A stretch of DNA of 64,000 bases from Candidatus Thorarchaeota archaeon (GCA_004524445.1 SDNP01000003.1:1-64000), one strand, 5' to 3'. Numbered from the stretch's first letter, positions 49,094 through 59,997 are shown. The notes: a model not told the origin generated them from the sequence alone. Numbers and translations: made by a program.

Positions 49094-50518
49094 TCAAATA
49101 TCGGGTTTCTCATATCCAATCATTTCTTCCTCAAGATGCAAAGCGATTTTCAAAGCTAAACCCTCTTCAGCGTGCTTGGTGATAACTTGAATACCAATTG
49201 GCAAGCCGTCTGACGATGTGCCACCTCTAAACGTGACGGAAGGAAGACCAACCAGACTGTAGGGATGCGTGTAGCTCAGTAGGTCAAGTGGATTGAATGA
49301 TGAATCACGAGATTCGCCATGTTTGAATGCTGGAGTGGCGGACACGGGACAAATGATAGCATCATATTCATCCATGAAACGAAGGACTTGACTCCTGTAT
49401 GTATCCCACTTTATACTCCAAAAGAAGAACTCGACACCCAACATAGCTTCGTTACCCTTCGATTGTTGAGATTCTTCAAGCCAATCATCAGCCAAGTCAT
49501 ATATCTCATCAGGATAGAGCTCAACCGGCTCCGACCATTCTTGTACTTTCGGTTCAGTGCCATCTTTTATGCCTGAAGAGAATCGATTCAGCCCTCGTTC
49601 CACATTCAGAAATGTCTTCGTGACTGGTGGATACTCCTCTTCCACAACCAAATCTGTTGTAACTAGTAAATCTGCAGCCTCAGAAATGACTCGTTTTATC
49701 TCTGAGTTGGGTTCAACAAAGCCATTCTCTGTGTAATAGGCAATGGTCAAGTTGTTGAGTCTTATAGTATCATGGCTATCGTATTTCATTGGTAGACATC
49801 GAGAGTCCCAGTTGTCTGGCCCCATGATGACTGGAAGAACAAGTGATAGATCCCTGATGGATCGAGCCATAGGTCCGATTCGCGTTGTGTCGAGAAAACC
49901 TAAGTAAGGAGGAATGGTCCCCATTCGAGAGAGCCGACCGAATGTGGGAGCAAGACCGCAAATGCCGCTGTATGATGAAGGCCATAGTATACTTCCTCCG
50001 GTATCTGAGCCAATTCCAAGGAAGGACCCTCCGGCCGCTATTAGGGCAGCTTCCCCTCCACTACTTGAGCCGACAGTCTTCTCAAGATCATAAGGATTAT
50101 TGGTTCGTCCATAGATTTCGTTATTTGTCTCAAACCCTGAACAGAAGGCAGGACAGTTAGTCTTACCAACGATAATTGCGCCCGCATCCTTTAGTCTCTT
50201 GACAACACTTGCATCGGTAGAGGGAATATATCCGCGTCGCTCAGTGATTCCTCCCGTAGTTATCATGCCCTCTACTTCGATATTATCCTTCACTGTGATT
50301 GGCAGGCCAAATAAGGGGCCACCCTTGGAGGGGGCCTCATCCATCTCTTCAGCTTGAGATACGACTTGTTCCTCATTATAGTGGACAAGGGCATTTATTT
50401 TATCATTGACTTGATTTATTCTCTCAAGCAAACCTGTTACTACTTCTTTCACCGAAGTTCTTTCTTGCCGAATTAGACGCACGATTTCATAGGCGGGCAG
50501 GAACGGTAGGTCATCCAT
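49094..50518 (-). CDS. Amidase-signature family enzyme
   Basis: GLPITVKD, GKTN, GSSSGGE, GSDTGGSI. Confidence 0.93.
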   Translation of the reverse strand: MDDLPFLPAYEIVRLIRQERTSVKEVVTGLLERINQVNDKINALVHYNEEQVVSQAEEMDEAPSKGGPLFGLPITVKDNIEVEGMITTGGITERRGYIPSTDASVVKRLKDAGAIIVGKTNCPAFCSGFETNNEIYGRTNNPYDLEKTVGSSSGGEAALIAAGGSFLGIGSDTGGSILWPSSYSGICGLAPTFGRLSRMGTIPPYLGFLDTTRIGPMARSIRDLSLVLPVIMGPDNWDSRCLPMKYDSHDTIRLNNLTIAYYTENGFVEPNSEIKRVISEAADLLVTTDLVVEEEYPPVTKTFLNVERGLNRFSSGIKDGTEPKVQEWSEPVELYPDEIYDLADDWLEESQQSKGNEAMLGVEFFFWSIKWDTYRSQVLRFMDEYDAIICPVSATPAFKHGESRDSSFNPLDLLSYTHPYSLVGLPSVTFRGGTSSDGLPIGIQVITKHAEEGLALKIALHLEEEMIGYEKPDI

Positions 50519-50707
50519 TCACGACAGGTCTCCATTGGATACGCTTTTCATTAGCGGGTTAACAACACGATATTTGTGTGAGGGGTGTATTCCGCAGTTA
50601 GGTCTTTTGGAACTTCAAGATTCACAATGGGGCAAAGGGCATCCAAGGAAGCCTCATTAGTTCAAATCTTGAGTGACCTTATAACTCAGCACAGCAAGGT
50701 GAGATTA

Positions 50708-51880
50708 TTGAGCGGACGAAGAATGCTCATATACTTTGACCAGACCCAAAATGAGAGGGGTAGACTTGATACAACTTACTCAGAGCTACGCCAACTGCTC
50801 CGAGATAACGACTATGATGTCGAGGCCTACACTGATTTCATGCTCCTTCCAAAAGAAATCAAGTCAGCTGGTATCATGGTATTTGGATGTCCGAACAGCT
50901 CTAAGCTTAGAAAAGCGGAGATTGCAGCACTAAAAGAATTCGTGAAGGAAGGAGGGGGACTCATGCTCCTCTCTCACTCAGGCGGGGACCGGGGACTTAT
51001 GAATAACATGAGCGATGTGTCCAAGCCCTTCGGAATAACTTTCGAAAATACCGCGATTAAAGATGACAAACATAACGATGGGCTGCCTACTATGCCTTTC
51101 ATCAGGGATTTAGAGGATCATGCGATTATGGAAGAAATTGATGAGATTCTGCTTCCATCCGGTTGCACACTGGAGGTGGAGAGCAAGGCAGAAGTCTTAG
51201 CGAAGACGGGAGGAACAGCGGACCCACCCAGCAGACCTGTCATTGCAGTCGCCGAGCATGGGAAGGGTAGAGTGATTTGTATTGGCAGTTATGAAGTCTT
51301 CAGAAGAGGTGGTGGCTTCAAGAAAGAGGGTAACAAAACCTTTGCACTCAATGCATTTTCTTGGCTCAATAGAATGCGGTCCGCGCCTCAAAGAGCAGAA
51401 GATAGGACGAAAAATGATTCACTACAAGAGGACAAAAGAGATTCGGGGAGCGCCGCAGTGTCAGAGGAATTTGAGAATACACTAAGAAGACTGGTGAATG
51501 CAGTATTCGATTTACAGAAGGATATCGAAACTGCCACAGAAAAAGTGGAGCGGGTGGAAAACAATATAGATGCTCTAAGAAATCAGTTTCAAGATTTTGC
51601 ACAAAAAACACAAGACCAGCTGGGCGTGATTATCCCCGCAAAGCAGTTCAAAACTGAAGATGAGAACCGGGCGGCGGACCTAGAAGCCGATATCAAATCA
51701 CTGAATGCAGAATTAAAATCTGTCAAGCAGCTCCAGGATCATATCGAAGATCGACATTCATCAGGGGCAATGCCAAGGGATGCCTACGAAGAACAGGCAG
51801 AAAAATTGGCTGAGCGAGTCAAGTCTCTGGAAAAGAGAACTAAGGAGAAGAAGAAGGAGCTCGAAGACCTAGCCAAGTAG
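50708..51880 (+). CDS. GIFT (GldG/IFT52-like) domain protein with C-terminal coiled coil
   Basis: IYFDQTQNE...YSELRQLL...EIAALKEFVKEGGGLMLL...FGITFE...GKGRVICIGS...GNKTFALNAFSWL; TTG start after GGTGA. Confidence 0.7.
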   Translation: MSGRRMLIYFDQTQNERGRLDTTYSELRQLLRDNDYDVEAYTDFMLLPKEIKSAGIMVFGCPNSSKLRKAEIAALKEFVKEGGGLMLLSHSGGDRGLMNNMSDVSKPFGITFENTAIKDDKHNDGLPTMPFIRDLEDHAIMEEIDEILLPSGCTLEVESKAEVLAKTGGTADPPSRPVIAVAEHGKGRVICIGSYEVFRRGGGFKKEGNKTFALNAFSWLNRMRSAPQRAEDRTKNDSLQEDKRDSGSAAVSEEFENTLRRLVNAVFDLQKDIETATEKVERVENNIDALRNQFQDFAQKTQDQLGVIIPAKQFKTEDENRAADLEADIKSLNAELKSVKQLQDHIEDRHSSGAMPRDAYEEQAEKLAERVKSLEKRTKEKKKELEDLAK

Positions 51881-51899
51881 GTGGTGGATCACACTACAG

Positions 51900-53507
51900 T
51901 CAATTAGGGCTCTTGCTTTTTGGAATTATTATATCCCGACCTGTTTTTTGCCTGATGTGACTAATTAGTACCCGCAGCTTCACCTTTAGGAATCGGAAGG
52001 GATATGAGATTACGGACCAAAATGCTCCGATTTGCTTCGCAGCGAGATACCCAATGAAAATCAGAAGAACCGAAAAGAGATACACCTCGCGCGGCGGAAT
52101 AAGTATTGAGAATGAGAGTGCAATCGGTACCCACAGCATGGAGCTGGAGAAGTTAATCCTAGTGTCTTTGCTTGTAATCATCTTCTGCGATGAAAATATG
52201 GAGAAGAATGGCGCGAAGAGGGTGAAATAATACTTGTACACGCCTCTGGGCCCAGCCAAGTGGACAAAGAGCATCAGTAGAAGTGTCAAGAAGAGCACTC
52301 TTCGAAGATACAATTTGTCATCCTCAGGACGCGGCTCCAGAAGCATTATGCCCATGAAAATCACAACGCCAAAGGACAGCAATATGCCCTGATAAATAAC
52401 AAAATTTAGCATCTCTGCCAATAACGGGAGTTCTGCAACAACGGCAAGGACTTGCAATGTCATGGGTATGGGGTAGCCTGGAACCTCTGTAAAGGGCTCT
52501 TCGAGAGAAGAACCTCCAGCTGCGAGAAGGATTTGTGATAAAATATTTGGCTGGGCAACCAAGAAGGGAAAGAGGACTGCTAATACGAAGATAATCACGA
52601 CTACAGAGCTCCTCGCAAATCCGGGAAAATCAATTGCTTGATGGAGAAAATCAAGAAGGCCCTTCTTGCTTTCAGAGATTTCAGCAGCTGATTCTTCTGG
52701 ATCGGTTTCTGGGTGTGTCGTAGTACTATCTTCATTCTGTCGGGATTCTTGATCAGGCTTGTTTGGCTTAACTAGAAGATAAACAACCAAAGGAATACCT
52801 AGAAACCAAGCCATCTGCTTGAATAGAGCTGCAACGACGATTGATATGGTGCCAATATCCTTTCTTCCCTTGATGAGCATATAGAAGCCAGAAAAGAAGA
52901 AGAAGATAAAGGGAGATGGGTTAAGCCAAGCAAAAGTGATGTGGTAGAGAATATTGGGATTAAGCAGATATGTGAGGGCTGCAACAGCTCCAATGACCTG
53001 ATTCTCAGACAGTTCCTTTGCAATGCCAAAGACGGGAAATGCTGTTAGAAAACCAAAAGAAACCAATAACAATCCGATGCCCCACCCCTCTATTGGCAGC
53101 ATCACGCCAATTGCATATAGATAGGCATACAATGGAGGAAAGATGTAGAGCCCGTTGTTGTTTTCATATCCATCCAGTACTATATGACCGAATTCTTCAC
53201 AATAAGGCATAACTCCCCGAAGCATATTATGACCCCAGTGAATGTAGTAGAATGAGTAATCGGTATAACCCTCAAACTGGTAATGTATTGCGAAGCCAAG
53301 CAAATCAAAGGATCCTTCCCCTAGCCAAACACCCCGTGTTCTCCAAAGAGCAGATTCCATGTAATCCTCAATGGCGAGGGAGAAGACATTCCCCCACAAA
53401 TAAAGACCGATTACTAGTACAAAAATAAAAAGCAAGTAATCTCGAAGAAAATTGATAATTTTCTGTCTGATGTGGGAGAGCTCCATGGAAAATTCTCCTT
53501 GTGGCAT
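51900..53507 (-). CDS. GT-C-fold membrane glycosyltransferase (GT87/PIG-M-like)
   Basis: DYSFYY..W......G..PY...YIFPPLY, YLLNP, ALFKQ; many TM helices. Confidence 0.7.
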   Translation of the reverse strand: MPQGEFSMELSHIRQKIINFLRDYLLFIFVLVIGLYLWGNVFSLAIEDYMESALWRTRGVWLGEGSFDLLGFAIHYQFEGYTDYSFYYIHWGHNMLRGVMPYCEEFGHIVLDGYENNNGLYIFPPLYAYLYAIGVMLPIEGWGIGLLLVSFGFLTAFPVFGIAKELSENQVIGAVAALTYLLNPNILYHITFAWLNPSPFIFFFFSGFYMLIKGRKDIGTISIVVAALFKQMAWFLGIPLVVYLLVKPNKPDQESRQNEDSTTTHPETDPEESAAEISESKKGLLDFLHQAIDFPGFARSSVVVIIFVLAVLFPFLVAQPNILSQILLAAGGSSLEEPFTEVPGYPIPMTLQVLAVVAELPLLAEMLNFVIYQGILLSFGVVIFMGIMLLEPRPEDDKLYLRRVLFLTLLLMLFVHLAGPRGVYKYYFTLFAPFFSIFSSQKMITSKDTRINFSSSMLWVPIALSFSILIPPREVYLFSVLLIFIGYLAAKQIGAFWSVISYPFRFLKVKLRVLISHIRQKTGRDIIIPKSKSPN

Positions 53508-53556
53508 TGCTCATTAATGCTTCCTCTGCATTGAGGTATTCCTTCAAATCGTTTTC

Positions 53557-55638
53557 TTACATATCCGATGACTGAACCAATTTCGCCTCACTACTAGTAC
53601 CCGTCTTTGAAACATCCACAACAGGCACTCCTTCCCACCCTTGGACATCGGTGTGTGTGATGAGGAAAATCTGTCTGAAGGATTGATCATTCACTAGGTT
53701 TTGAACCACTGATTTTCTCCGGGCACTGTCCAAACCACCCAAGGGCTCGTCCAGCAAGACGCAACGTACGCGAGGTGATAATGCAGGGCTATCTTTGAGG
53801 GGGCGGATTGCGCTCATTGTCCGACTGATACCTAACCTCAATCCTAGACTGATAGCCGTGCGGTCACCAAAGCTTAGTTGAGAGGTCTTCTTTATGGCAT
53901 TATCACGAACATCTTGAATCTGGAGCTCAAGACCAGCTCCCCCGCGTCCACGACCTGGTGTTGGTACCAAATCAACACCCGAGTATTGCCCACTTGTGAA
54001 CGAACGGACATAGGGGTTGGTTGCACCACGTATTATTCCTATCAATCGCTTCTGAATGACATAATCTGCTAAGAATCCACTGACTAGTTTCCGTCTGACA
54101 TATTGCGAATGCTCATGTAGAGATTTTAGGTCCTCAATCTGGGAGCCAATCTCATCCATCTCCTCAATCTTTTTCTTGGCTTCTGATATGCGTTCTTTCT
54201 CGCTATCAATCATCGTATTTATGGATTCAATCTCGTTCTTTAGAGATCCCAATTTTGCAATCCAAGTTTCAACGAGTCGTTGAAGTTCGCCAAGCTTCTT
54301 TACTCCATGTTTGTCAAGAAGAGTTTGAAGGTCCTTTACTCCCAACTTCGCAATTGCTTTCTCCAAATCATTCCGAGCTTCTTCTACTTCTGCTTCAGCA
54401 TCAGCCACATCATTCTGGTGTCTCTTGATTTGTCCAATGGCTTGGAGAGCTCTTTGGATTTCTCCCAGCCGCTTCTGTTGGGTCTGAGCTTCTCCGGAGA
54501 GCTTCTTGTTTTTCGTCTGAAGCTTGCTGATTCGCTCTTTCCCCTCTTCAATCGTATCGTGATATTCATGTAGAATATCATCGCGCTCCTCTGGTGTCAG
54601 TGGTTTTGAGCATGTAGGACAGATTGTCACATCCTTTGCTTCTTGAAGGGTTTCAATCTTATCCTTGAGGTCTCTCTCTGTTCCTCTTATTGCTCCAATC
54701 TCCCGCTCAATCTTTGATTTCTCTTCACTTAGTTCTTCTATTCGAGCATTCACATCATCTTCATTCTTGGACAAGGTATGCAAGCGCGCTTGTACTAATT
54801 CTTCTTCTGCCGTCAGTAGACCTGCTTCCTCCAGATAGGAATCTCTAGTTTTCTTTACACTCTTCAGTTGGACCTCCTTGCGTTCTAGTTTGGAGGACAT
54901 GTCCTGAATTGCATCTAAGAGATGAGGCTGAGGCACATCTTTCAGCAAATCCTCTGTGCCCTCTATCTCAGCCTTTTTCGACTCGATGGTCGCTTTATGT
55001 TCTTCAATTCGTTCATCCATGTCTTCAATTTGCTTTTCAATCACTTCAGGTCGAACATACTTATCCTCTAAAACCCCTATGCGAGTCTTCAAGTCGTCTT
55101 CAAGATGAGATATGTGTCCGGACATATCACCAAGAATCTCAATATTATATACATCAACCAGAAGGCCTCGAAGGACCGATGCAGTAGCATTCGCAATTAG
55201 TGCTACTTCGCCTTGTCGTACAAGAAGAGTGTTTAATGCCTGCCGCAGACCCAAGTTGATAATTTCCTCGAGTTTTGACTCGACCGAGTTACTACCATCA
55301 GCAATTCGCTTCCATCCATTGACCGTATCTTGGTAGAAGACAACAGATAGCCTGCTAGCTGGATCATACGAGCGGTCTATCTTGTATTGACGACCTGCCA
55401 CTTCGAACTCAACGATGACCTTACAAAATGATGATGAGAAGCTAATCAATTCCTCGTTGGTTAGCTCAACCGCATTTGAACCCCATAGACACCATAAAAC
55501 AGCCTCAAATATCGATGACTTTCCAGTAGAGTTCGGCCCCTTGATGATAATCAGGCCGTCTGGGAGGTGGCCCTCAGTGGGCAGACGAACATCTCGGAAT
55601 GGCTTGAAATTTGTGAGCTCTATGCTCAGAATCTTCAT
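53557..55638 (-). CDS. rad50: Rad50 ATPase
   Basis: GPNSTGKSS, Q-loop VRQGE, zinc hook CPTC, signature LSFGD, LLDEP, ITH. Confidence 0.93.
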   Translation of the reverse strand: MKILSIELTNFKPFRDVRLPTEGHLPDGLIIIKGPNSTGKSSIFEAVLWCLWGSNAVELTNEELISFSSSFCKVIVEFEVAGRQYKIDRSYDPASRLSVVFYQDTVNGWKRIADGSNSVESKLEEIINLGLRQALNTLLVRQGEVALIANATASVLRGLLVDVYNIEILGDMSGHISHLEDDLKTRIGVLEDKYVRPEVIEKQIEDMDERIEEHKATIESKKAEIEGTEDLLKDVPQPHLLDAIQDMSSKLERKEVQLKSVKKTRDSYLEEAGLLTAEEELVQARLHTLSKNEDDVNARIEELSEEKSKIEREIGAIRGTERDLKDKIETLQEAKDVTICPTCSKPLTPEERDDILHEYHDTIEEGKERISKLQTKNKKLSGEAQTQQKRLGEIQRALQAIGQIKRHQNDVADAEAEVEEARNDLEKAIAKLGVKDLQTLLDKHGVKKLGELQRLVETWIAKLGSLKNEIESINTMIDSEKERISEAKKKIEEMDEIGSQIEDLKSLHEHSQYVRRKLVSGFLADYVIQKRLIGIIRGATNPYVRSFTSGQYSGVDLVPTPGRGRGGAGLELQIQDVRDNAIKKTSQLSFGDRTAISLGLRLGISRTMSAIRPLKDSPALSPRVRCVLLDEPLGGLDSARRKSVVQNLVNDQSFRQIFLITHTDVQGWEGVPVVDVSKTGTSSEAKLVQSSDM

Positions 55639-56942
55639 TTCTCACCATCCTCCGATAGATCGATATAGGCTAGCTTCTCTTCATCTCGGTTCACAGCCTT
55701 TCTCAAAGCTTTGACTGCGACCTTTGTGAGCGTGCTTATGTCATATTGCTCATCGATATCTAGGGTTTCAACATACTCCCTGAAGTCCTGTTCAGGGTCT
55801 TCAATCAAGTATTCTGATTCTATTTCCGGATAAGCGGTTTCCCTAAACTCTTCCTTGTCGCGTCGTATGGTCCATACCAACTGTGCCAGGTTATACTCTG
55901 AGCCCTTCGTAAAGGCTTCAAGACGAAAATTCTCCAATGCAATGGTAAGGTCCATCGGCTTAACTCTGCTCGCAGAACCTTCAAAGACTAATCTGACGCG
56001 TCCAGCAGTTGAAATGTCCCAGTCATATTTGAGGTCCTTTTCATCGAGAAAGGTTCGCACTTTATCAATCATCGTACCAACAGTATCATCAGAATCAATT
56101 GTTAGCGTTTCATTGTAGACGGGACGAACAAAGTCAAGATGAGTGGGTGTGACGTTAAGAGCGTCCTCCTCTATGTCCACCACTATGAAGCCTTTCTCAT
56201 GCTTTATTTCATCAAATCTCCAGCGTTCCGGGGAACCCGCATACCAAGCGTTCTTAGAATGTGCATGTTGTCGGTGATCGTGTCCAAGCGCAATGTAGTC
56301 ATAACCCATGTCGAAAATCGGAGAGTAAAGACTCTCATCGAGCTCCATTCCATGTGCAACAGCGATAGAAGCCTTGTCGGAAGATGGTTTCTGATAAGTC
56401 CGAATCCAGTCAATGAATGCATCTACCAGGCCTGCAGAATCAAGAACATTCTTGTCAATATATGGAAAACAATACACATTCACTTTCTCATATTCCCTGA
56501 CAAGTGGTTCCTCCATTGCAATTGCCCGCTTCAGTTCTTGTTGAGTTGCAACTTCCAATCGAGGAACAGCCATTTTGAGAGTGTCTAAGAGGGATACCTC
56601 CAGAGTTCGATATATGCCGTGATTTCCTTCCAATATGAAAACTGGAATCTCCGTTCGCTCAGTGAAGTCCTTCAGGATCCTAATCGCGGTTTCCTGTGCG
56701 ACCACGGGAGGTTGTGTGGGATTTCCTTCCCACGGAGAGTTATAGAGATCCCCCGAATGTACAACGAGTTCAACCTTTGGTTCAAGTTCTCCTATTTTTT
56801 TAAAAAGCTCTTCAAACCGTTCGTAGAAGTCATTCTCAAGAAGTCGAGTCCTCATTTCCACCGCCCACACATTTTGCCGTACCCCTGTACCTGGCCGAGT
56901 GCCAAGGTGGGTATCCGAGATGTGAGCAATTCGAGTTGTCAT
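55635..56942 (-). CDS. mre11: Mre11 nuclease
   Basis: SDTHLG, SGDL, GNH, AHG, LGHDH, YAGSPER. Confidence 0.92.
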   Translation of the reverse strand: MTTRIAHISDTHLGTRPGTGVRQNVWAVEMRTRLLENDFYERFEELFKKIGELEPKVELVVHSGDLYNSPWEGNPTQPPVVAQETAIRILKDFTERTEIPVFILEGNHGIYRTLEVSLLDTLKMAVPRLEVATQQELKRAIAMEEPLVREYEKVNVYCFPYIDKNVLDSAGLVDAFIDWIRTYQKPSSDKASIAVAHGMELDESLYSPIFDMGYDYIALGHDHRQHAHSKNAWYAGSPERWRFDEIKHEKGFIVVDIEEDALNVTPTHLDFVRPVYNETLTIDSDDTVGTMIDKVRTFLDEKDLKYDWDISTAGRVRLVFEGSASRVKPMDLTIALENFRLEAFTKGSEYNLAQLVWTIRRDKEEFRETAYPEIESEYLIEDPEQDFREYVETLDIDEQYDISTLTKVAVKALRKAVNRDEEKLAYIDLSEDGEK

Positions 56943-56951
56943 TTACATTCC

Positions 56952-58703
56952 TCATAGAATGTGTGTTTCTTCTTTGTCGCCATCTGAAGAGTAGGTATGT
57001 TTGTCACGGTTAAAGATGTCATCAAATAATGGTATCCTTACTGGAAGTGGCATCTCTCTATAAGAGGCTGTTAGTAGTGCCTCTCCGCGAGCCATCACTC
57101 TAAACTCATTCTGAAACCCTGAGATATTCACACTTGCATTATCTATGCATGCCTGTATTTCTCGTTCATTTCCAAGTCGAAGGTTGATTTCAGTATTCAT
57201 CTGAGAGAGTATGACATTGTCTAGAACGCTGACCTGTTGGCTCACAACGAGTAACCCAATATTGAATTTCCTACCTTGCCTAGAGATATCTTTGAAGACA
57301 GATCGACCGCGCATTAATTCTGGATTCAGGATAGACGGAGCCTCTTCTACTGTCACAAGAATTACCGGAAGCTTTCTGGGATCACGCACGCTTGACTTGT
57401 CAGAACTCCCATCCTTGCCGTAGAAAGATCTCGCTGCAGATTTGACTCCATTGAAGAACGGATATGGGAGTCTGCTTTTACCTTGAGTGTCAAAGTCGCC
57501 AAGATTACCGCTACTCTTCAATGCACGCCGCATATCGGATAGAGTACGAGTCACTATTGTCGTAAGAAGGAATTGCTCCATATCACTCATCAGGCTCGTG
57601 TTGACCACAAGAACGCGGCCGGATTCCATGGCTTTGAAAATCTCACCGAGAATTGATTGACCAGACTCGATGAATATCGGTGACCTCTGAACAAAACTCA
57701 GGCGTCTCTGAACTGCTCGGAGGGTCCCCTTAGGATGCCCATGAGGGTCTTCATCCATCTGCAGGATTTCACCGATCCAATTCTCGTGATGTTGAGCATA
57801 TTGAGCATCAATAAATGAGTACATCTGAGATGTAAAGTCCATTATTGAGTACAAATCACGCGGCTGAATCTCACTCCACAGGATGCGAATTTGGCGGGCA
57901 TATCTTTGAATCTCCCTCATTGTTGCACCAGCATGAGTTGTTAAGTAATAGAAATCGCCGAGTACGTCTGAACGAGTAGTTGGACTCATCTCTTCTACAA
58001 TATGCTGAATCCCATAGTTGTCAACACCCTGGGCAAATTCATCGTGGGGGTCAATGCAGAATGCGGAGATCGTTTGGCCCTCTCCGGTTCGTTTCACTTT
58101 GAGGTTATTGTCAATTATGGATTTGATTAGGACCATCATCAAATTACTTTTACCGGCACCTGTGGACCCGAAAATTCCCAAATGCATCGGAAGAAATTTC
58201 GATGGAATTTTTGCAGGAACATCGAGTGTTGCCTCTCCTACTTGCAAGTCCCCAACGTACATATGACCGCCTGTTTGGCTCTCAAGCATCTCCCTGACAA
58301 CCTCATCAGACGTACCAGGAACGGGTCGGTATACATCAGCCAGATGATCTGGTAATCTTCGCGGAGCGCGGAATTTCCAGCCATCCTTCGTTTCTTCGGC
58401 ATAACCGAGCATCTTTCCCTCAACAGAGAGAAGCATATTTCGCTCAATACCTGATAGGTACGAATCACCTTCTACCATGAGAGTGCCTGCGACTCGTGCC
58501 AAGTCATCGACTTGTCTCAAGTAATTCTCAAGCCCTAGAACCCGAAAGAAGAACACGCGCTCCTGATTATCACGAGAAGAGTAGATTAGAAAAATCTCGC
58601 CGACGCTAACATCCCGATTCTTGCCCATGATTCCAAGATTGGTTTGGTTGCCTATGCCTAGCTTCCCGTAGTGCTCTCCGAGATTGTCCTTTTGTATTGT
58701 CAT
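56952..58703 (-). CDS. herA: HerA helicase/translocase
   Basis: N-terminal HAS barrel, HLGIFGSTGAGKSN, DPHDE, VEEA, RQGRKF, VSQ; start at MTIQK. Confidence 0.93.
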   Translation of the reverse strand: MTIQKDNLGEHYGKLGIGNQTNLGIMGKNRDVSVGEIFLIYSSRDNQERVFFFRVLGLENYLRQVDDLARVAGTLMVEGDSYLSGIERNMLLSVEGKMLGYAEETKDGWKFRAPRRLPDHLADVYRPVPGTSDEVVREMLESQTGGHMYVGDLQVGEATLDVPAKIPSKFLPMHLGIFGSTGAGKSNLMMVLIKSIIDNNLKVKRTGEGQTISAFCIDPHDEFAQGVDNYGIQHIVEEMSPTTRSDVLGDFYYLTTHAGATMREIQRYARQIRILWSEIQPRDLYSIMDFTSQMYSFIDAQYAQHHENWIGEILQMDEDPHGHPKGTLRAVQRRLSFVQRSPIFIESGQSILGEIFKAMESGRVLVVNTSLMSDMEQFLLTTIVTRTLSDMRRALKSSGNLGDFDTQGKSRLPYPFFNGVKSAARSFYGKDGSSDKSSVRDPRKLPVILVTVEEAPSILNPELMRGRSVFKDISRQGRKFNIGLLVVSQQVSVLDNVILSQMNTEINLRLGNEREIQACIDNASVNISGFQNEFRVMARGEALLTASYREMPLPVRIPLFDDIFNRDKHTYSSDGDKEETHIL

Positions 58704-58719
58704 TTGTCGATACACTCTC

Positions 58720-59997
58720 CTAAAGATTGAAGTCAGCACGGAGCGGTTCCGTTGTCTGCTTCAAGATATCACCAGTAATTTCGCGTGCGATTCGAAGATC
58801 CTCATATCCTAGCTTACATGATTGGTGTGCGAGTGCCAAGGGAACAGGATAGCCATACCATCGAGCGTCCCGTGCCATGAATTCAAGGTCACGAAATATG
58901 AGTTTCTCATTCTTTCTGGTGGCTTTGGGGTTGTCCTTCACGAAGATATTCTCCAGCCACCAGATTCTATCAAAATCGATACGTGAAGGGCGATTGTCAC
59001 CTGAAAAGCTGTAAAGATATGGTACAGCCAGTTTAGGGGGAATATATGTTCGATCTTCGTAAATATGAAGTCCGCCTCCGGGATCCTCACTACAAGGCAG
59101 TTGGCAGAACCATTTGGCAGTATCGCCAAATTTCTCCTTAGCCATGCCTGCTATTCTATGAGCAAATGGAATAGTATGATTCTTGCTGACGGCGCAGAGT
59201 ACCACCCCATTTTCTCTTGCCAACTTCGATAGTTCTCGTAGCATGAACCCGCTAGGCATAGAGGGGTACTGACGCACAAAATGCATGAAGACGGACATGG
59301 CACCATCTAGTAGTAGATACTTGGGGTTTATTTCACTAGTCAAGACCCCACGTGCAGCAGCGTACTCAGAGACAGCGCGCAATTCTTCGTGTACGATAGG
59401 ATTAGTGAGAATTTGTGCGCGCGTTATCAAAGAGCTCATGCTCTTCAGTTCAGAAATGTAGTGAGAATATCTGGATGATTTGCCAATATCCTGGAGAGAT
59501 TCAATCTCATCTGGTTTGAAGTCCATAAAAAACGGAAGAATAAGTTCTGCAATGTCTTTTTGGGGATAGATGTTAGCAAGCGACTCTGATAACTTTTGTT
59601 TGGCATCCCCTCTAACTCCAGAGTGCCAGTGCAGATCAAGATGAGGTTGCTCTCCAAGCTGATTTTCTATACGCAATCCATCTATAGGGTCAAAAAAGCT
59701 ACCTTCACGTGTATTTGTATAGAGAATGCTGGTTGCCGTACTAATGATATGCACCCGGATATCATCCAAGGTGACTAAGTTATCCGAACCCGATCCGTCT
59801 ATTGCAGCCACAATGAAATCTTCGTCTAATACAACATCTGAAGGATAGGTTTCAACCGAGTCCAAAAGATCTTCTTTTATTCTCAGTTCATCCTTTGCGA
59901 ACTCTTCTTCATCCCTTCGATCTTGCTCATTATGAATATCCTTTATAGTATATTCCACAAGTCTTCTGAAGTTATCAGTGAGTATCTTGTCTAGCAT
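58720..59997 (-). CDS. nurA: NurA nuclease
   Basis: AAIDGS, LLLDGA, AVSK, GYPVPLALAH; operon context. Confidence 0.9.
   Translation of the reverse strand: MLDKILTDNFRRLVEYTIKDIHNEQDRRDEEEFAKDELRIKEDLLDSVETYPSDVVLDEDFIVAAIDGSGSDNLVTLDDIRVHIISTATSILYTNTREGSFFDPIDGLRIENQLGEQPHLDLHWHSGVRGDAKQKLSESLANIYPQKDIAELILPFFMDFKPDEIESLQDIGKSSRYSHYISELKSMSSLITRAQILTNPIVHEELRAVSEYAAARGVLTSEINPKYLLLDGAMSVFMHFVRQYPSMPSGFMLRELSKLARENGVVLCAVSKNHTIPFAHRIAGMAKEKFGDTAKWFCQLPCSEDPGGGLHIYEDRTYIPPKLAVPYLYSFSGDNRPSRIDFDRIWWLENIFVKDNPKATRKNEKLIFRDLEFMARDARWYGYPVPLALAHQSCKLGYEDLRIAREITGDILKQTTEPLRADFNL

Noticed and set aside
49094-50518. Amidase as GatA partner of the non-discriminating AspRS
   Set aside because: It lacks GatA-specific motifs (it has GGSILWP rather than GGSIRxP), and no gatB/gatC is nearby; treated as a generic amidase
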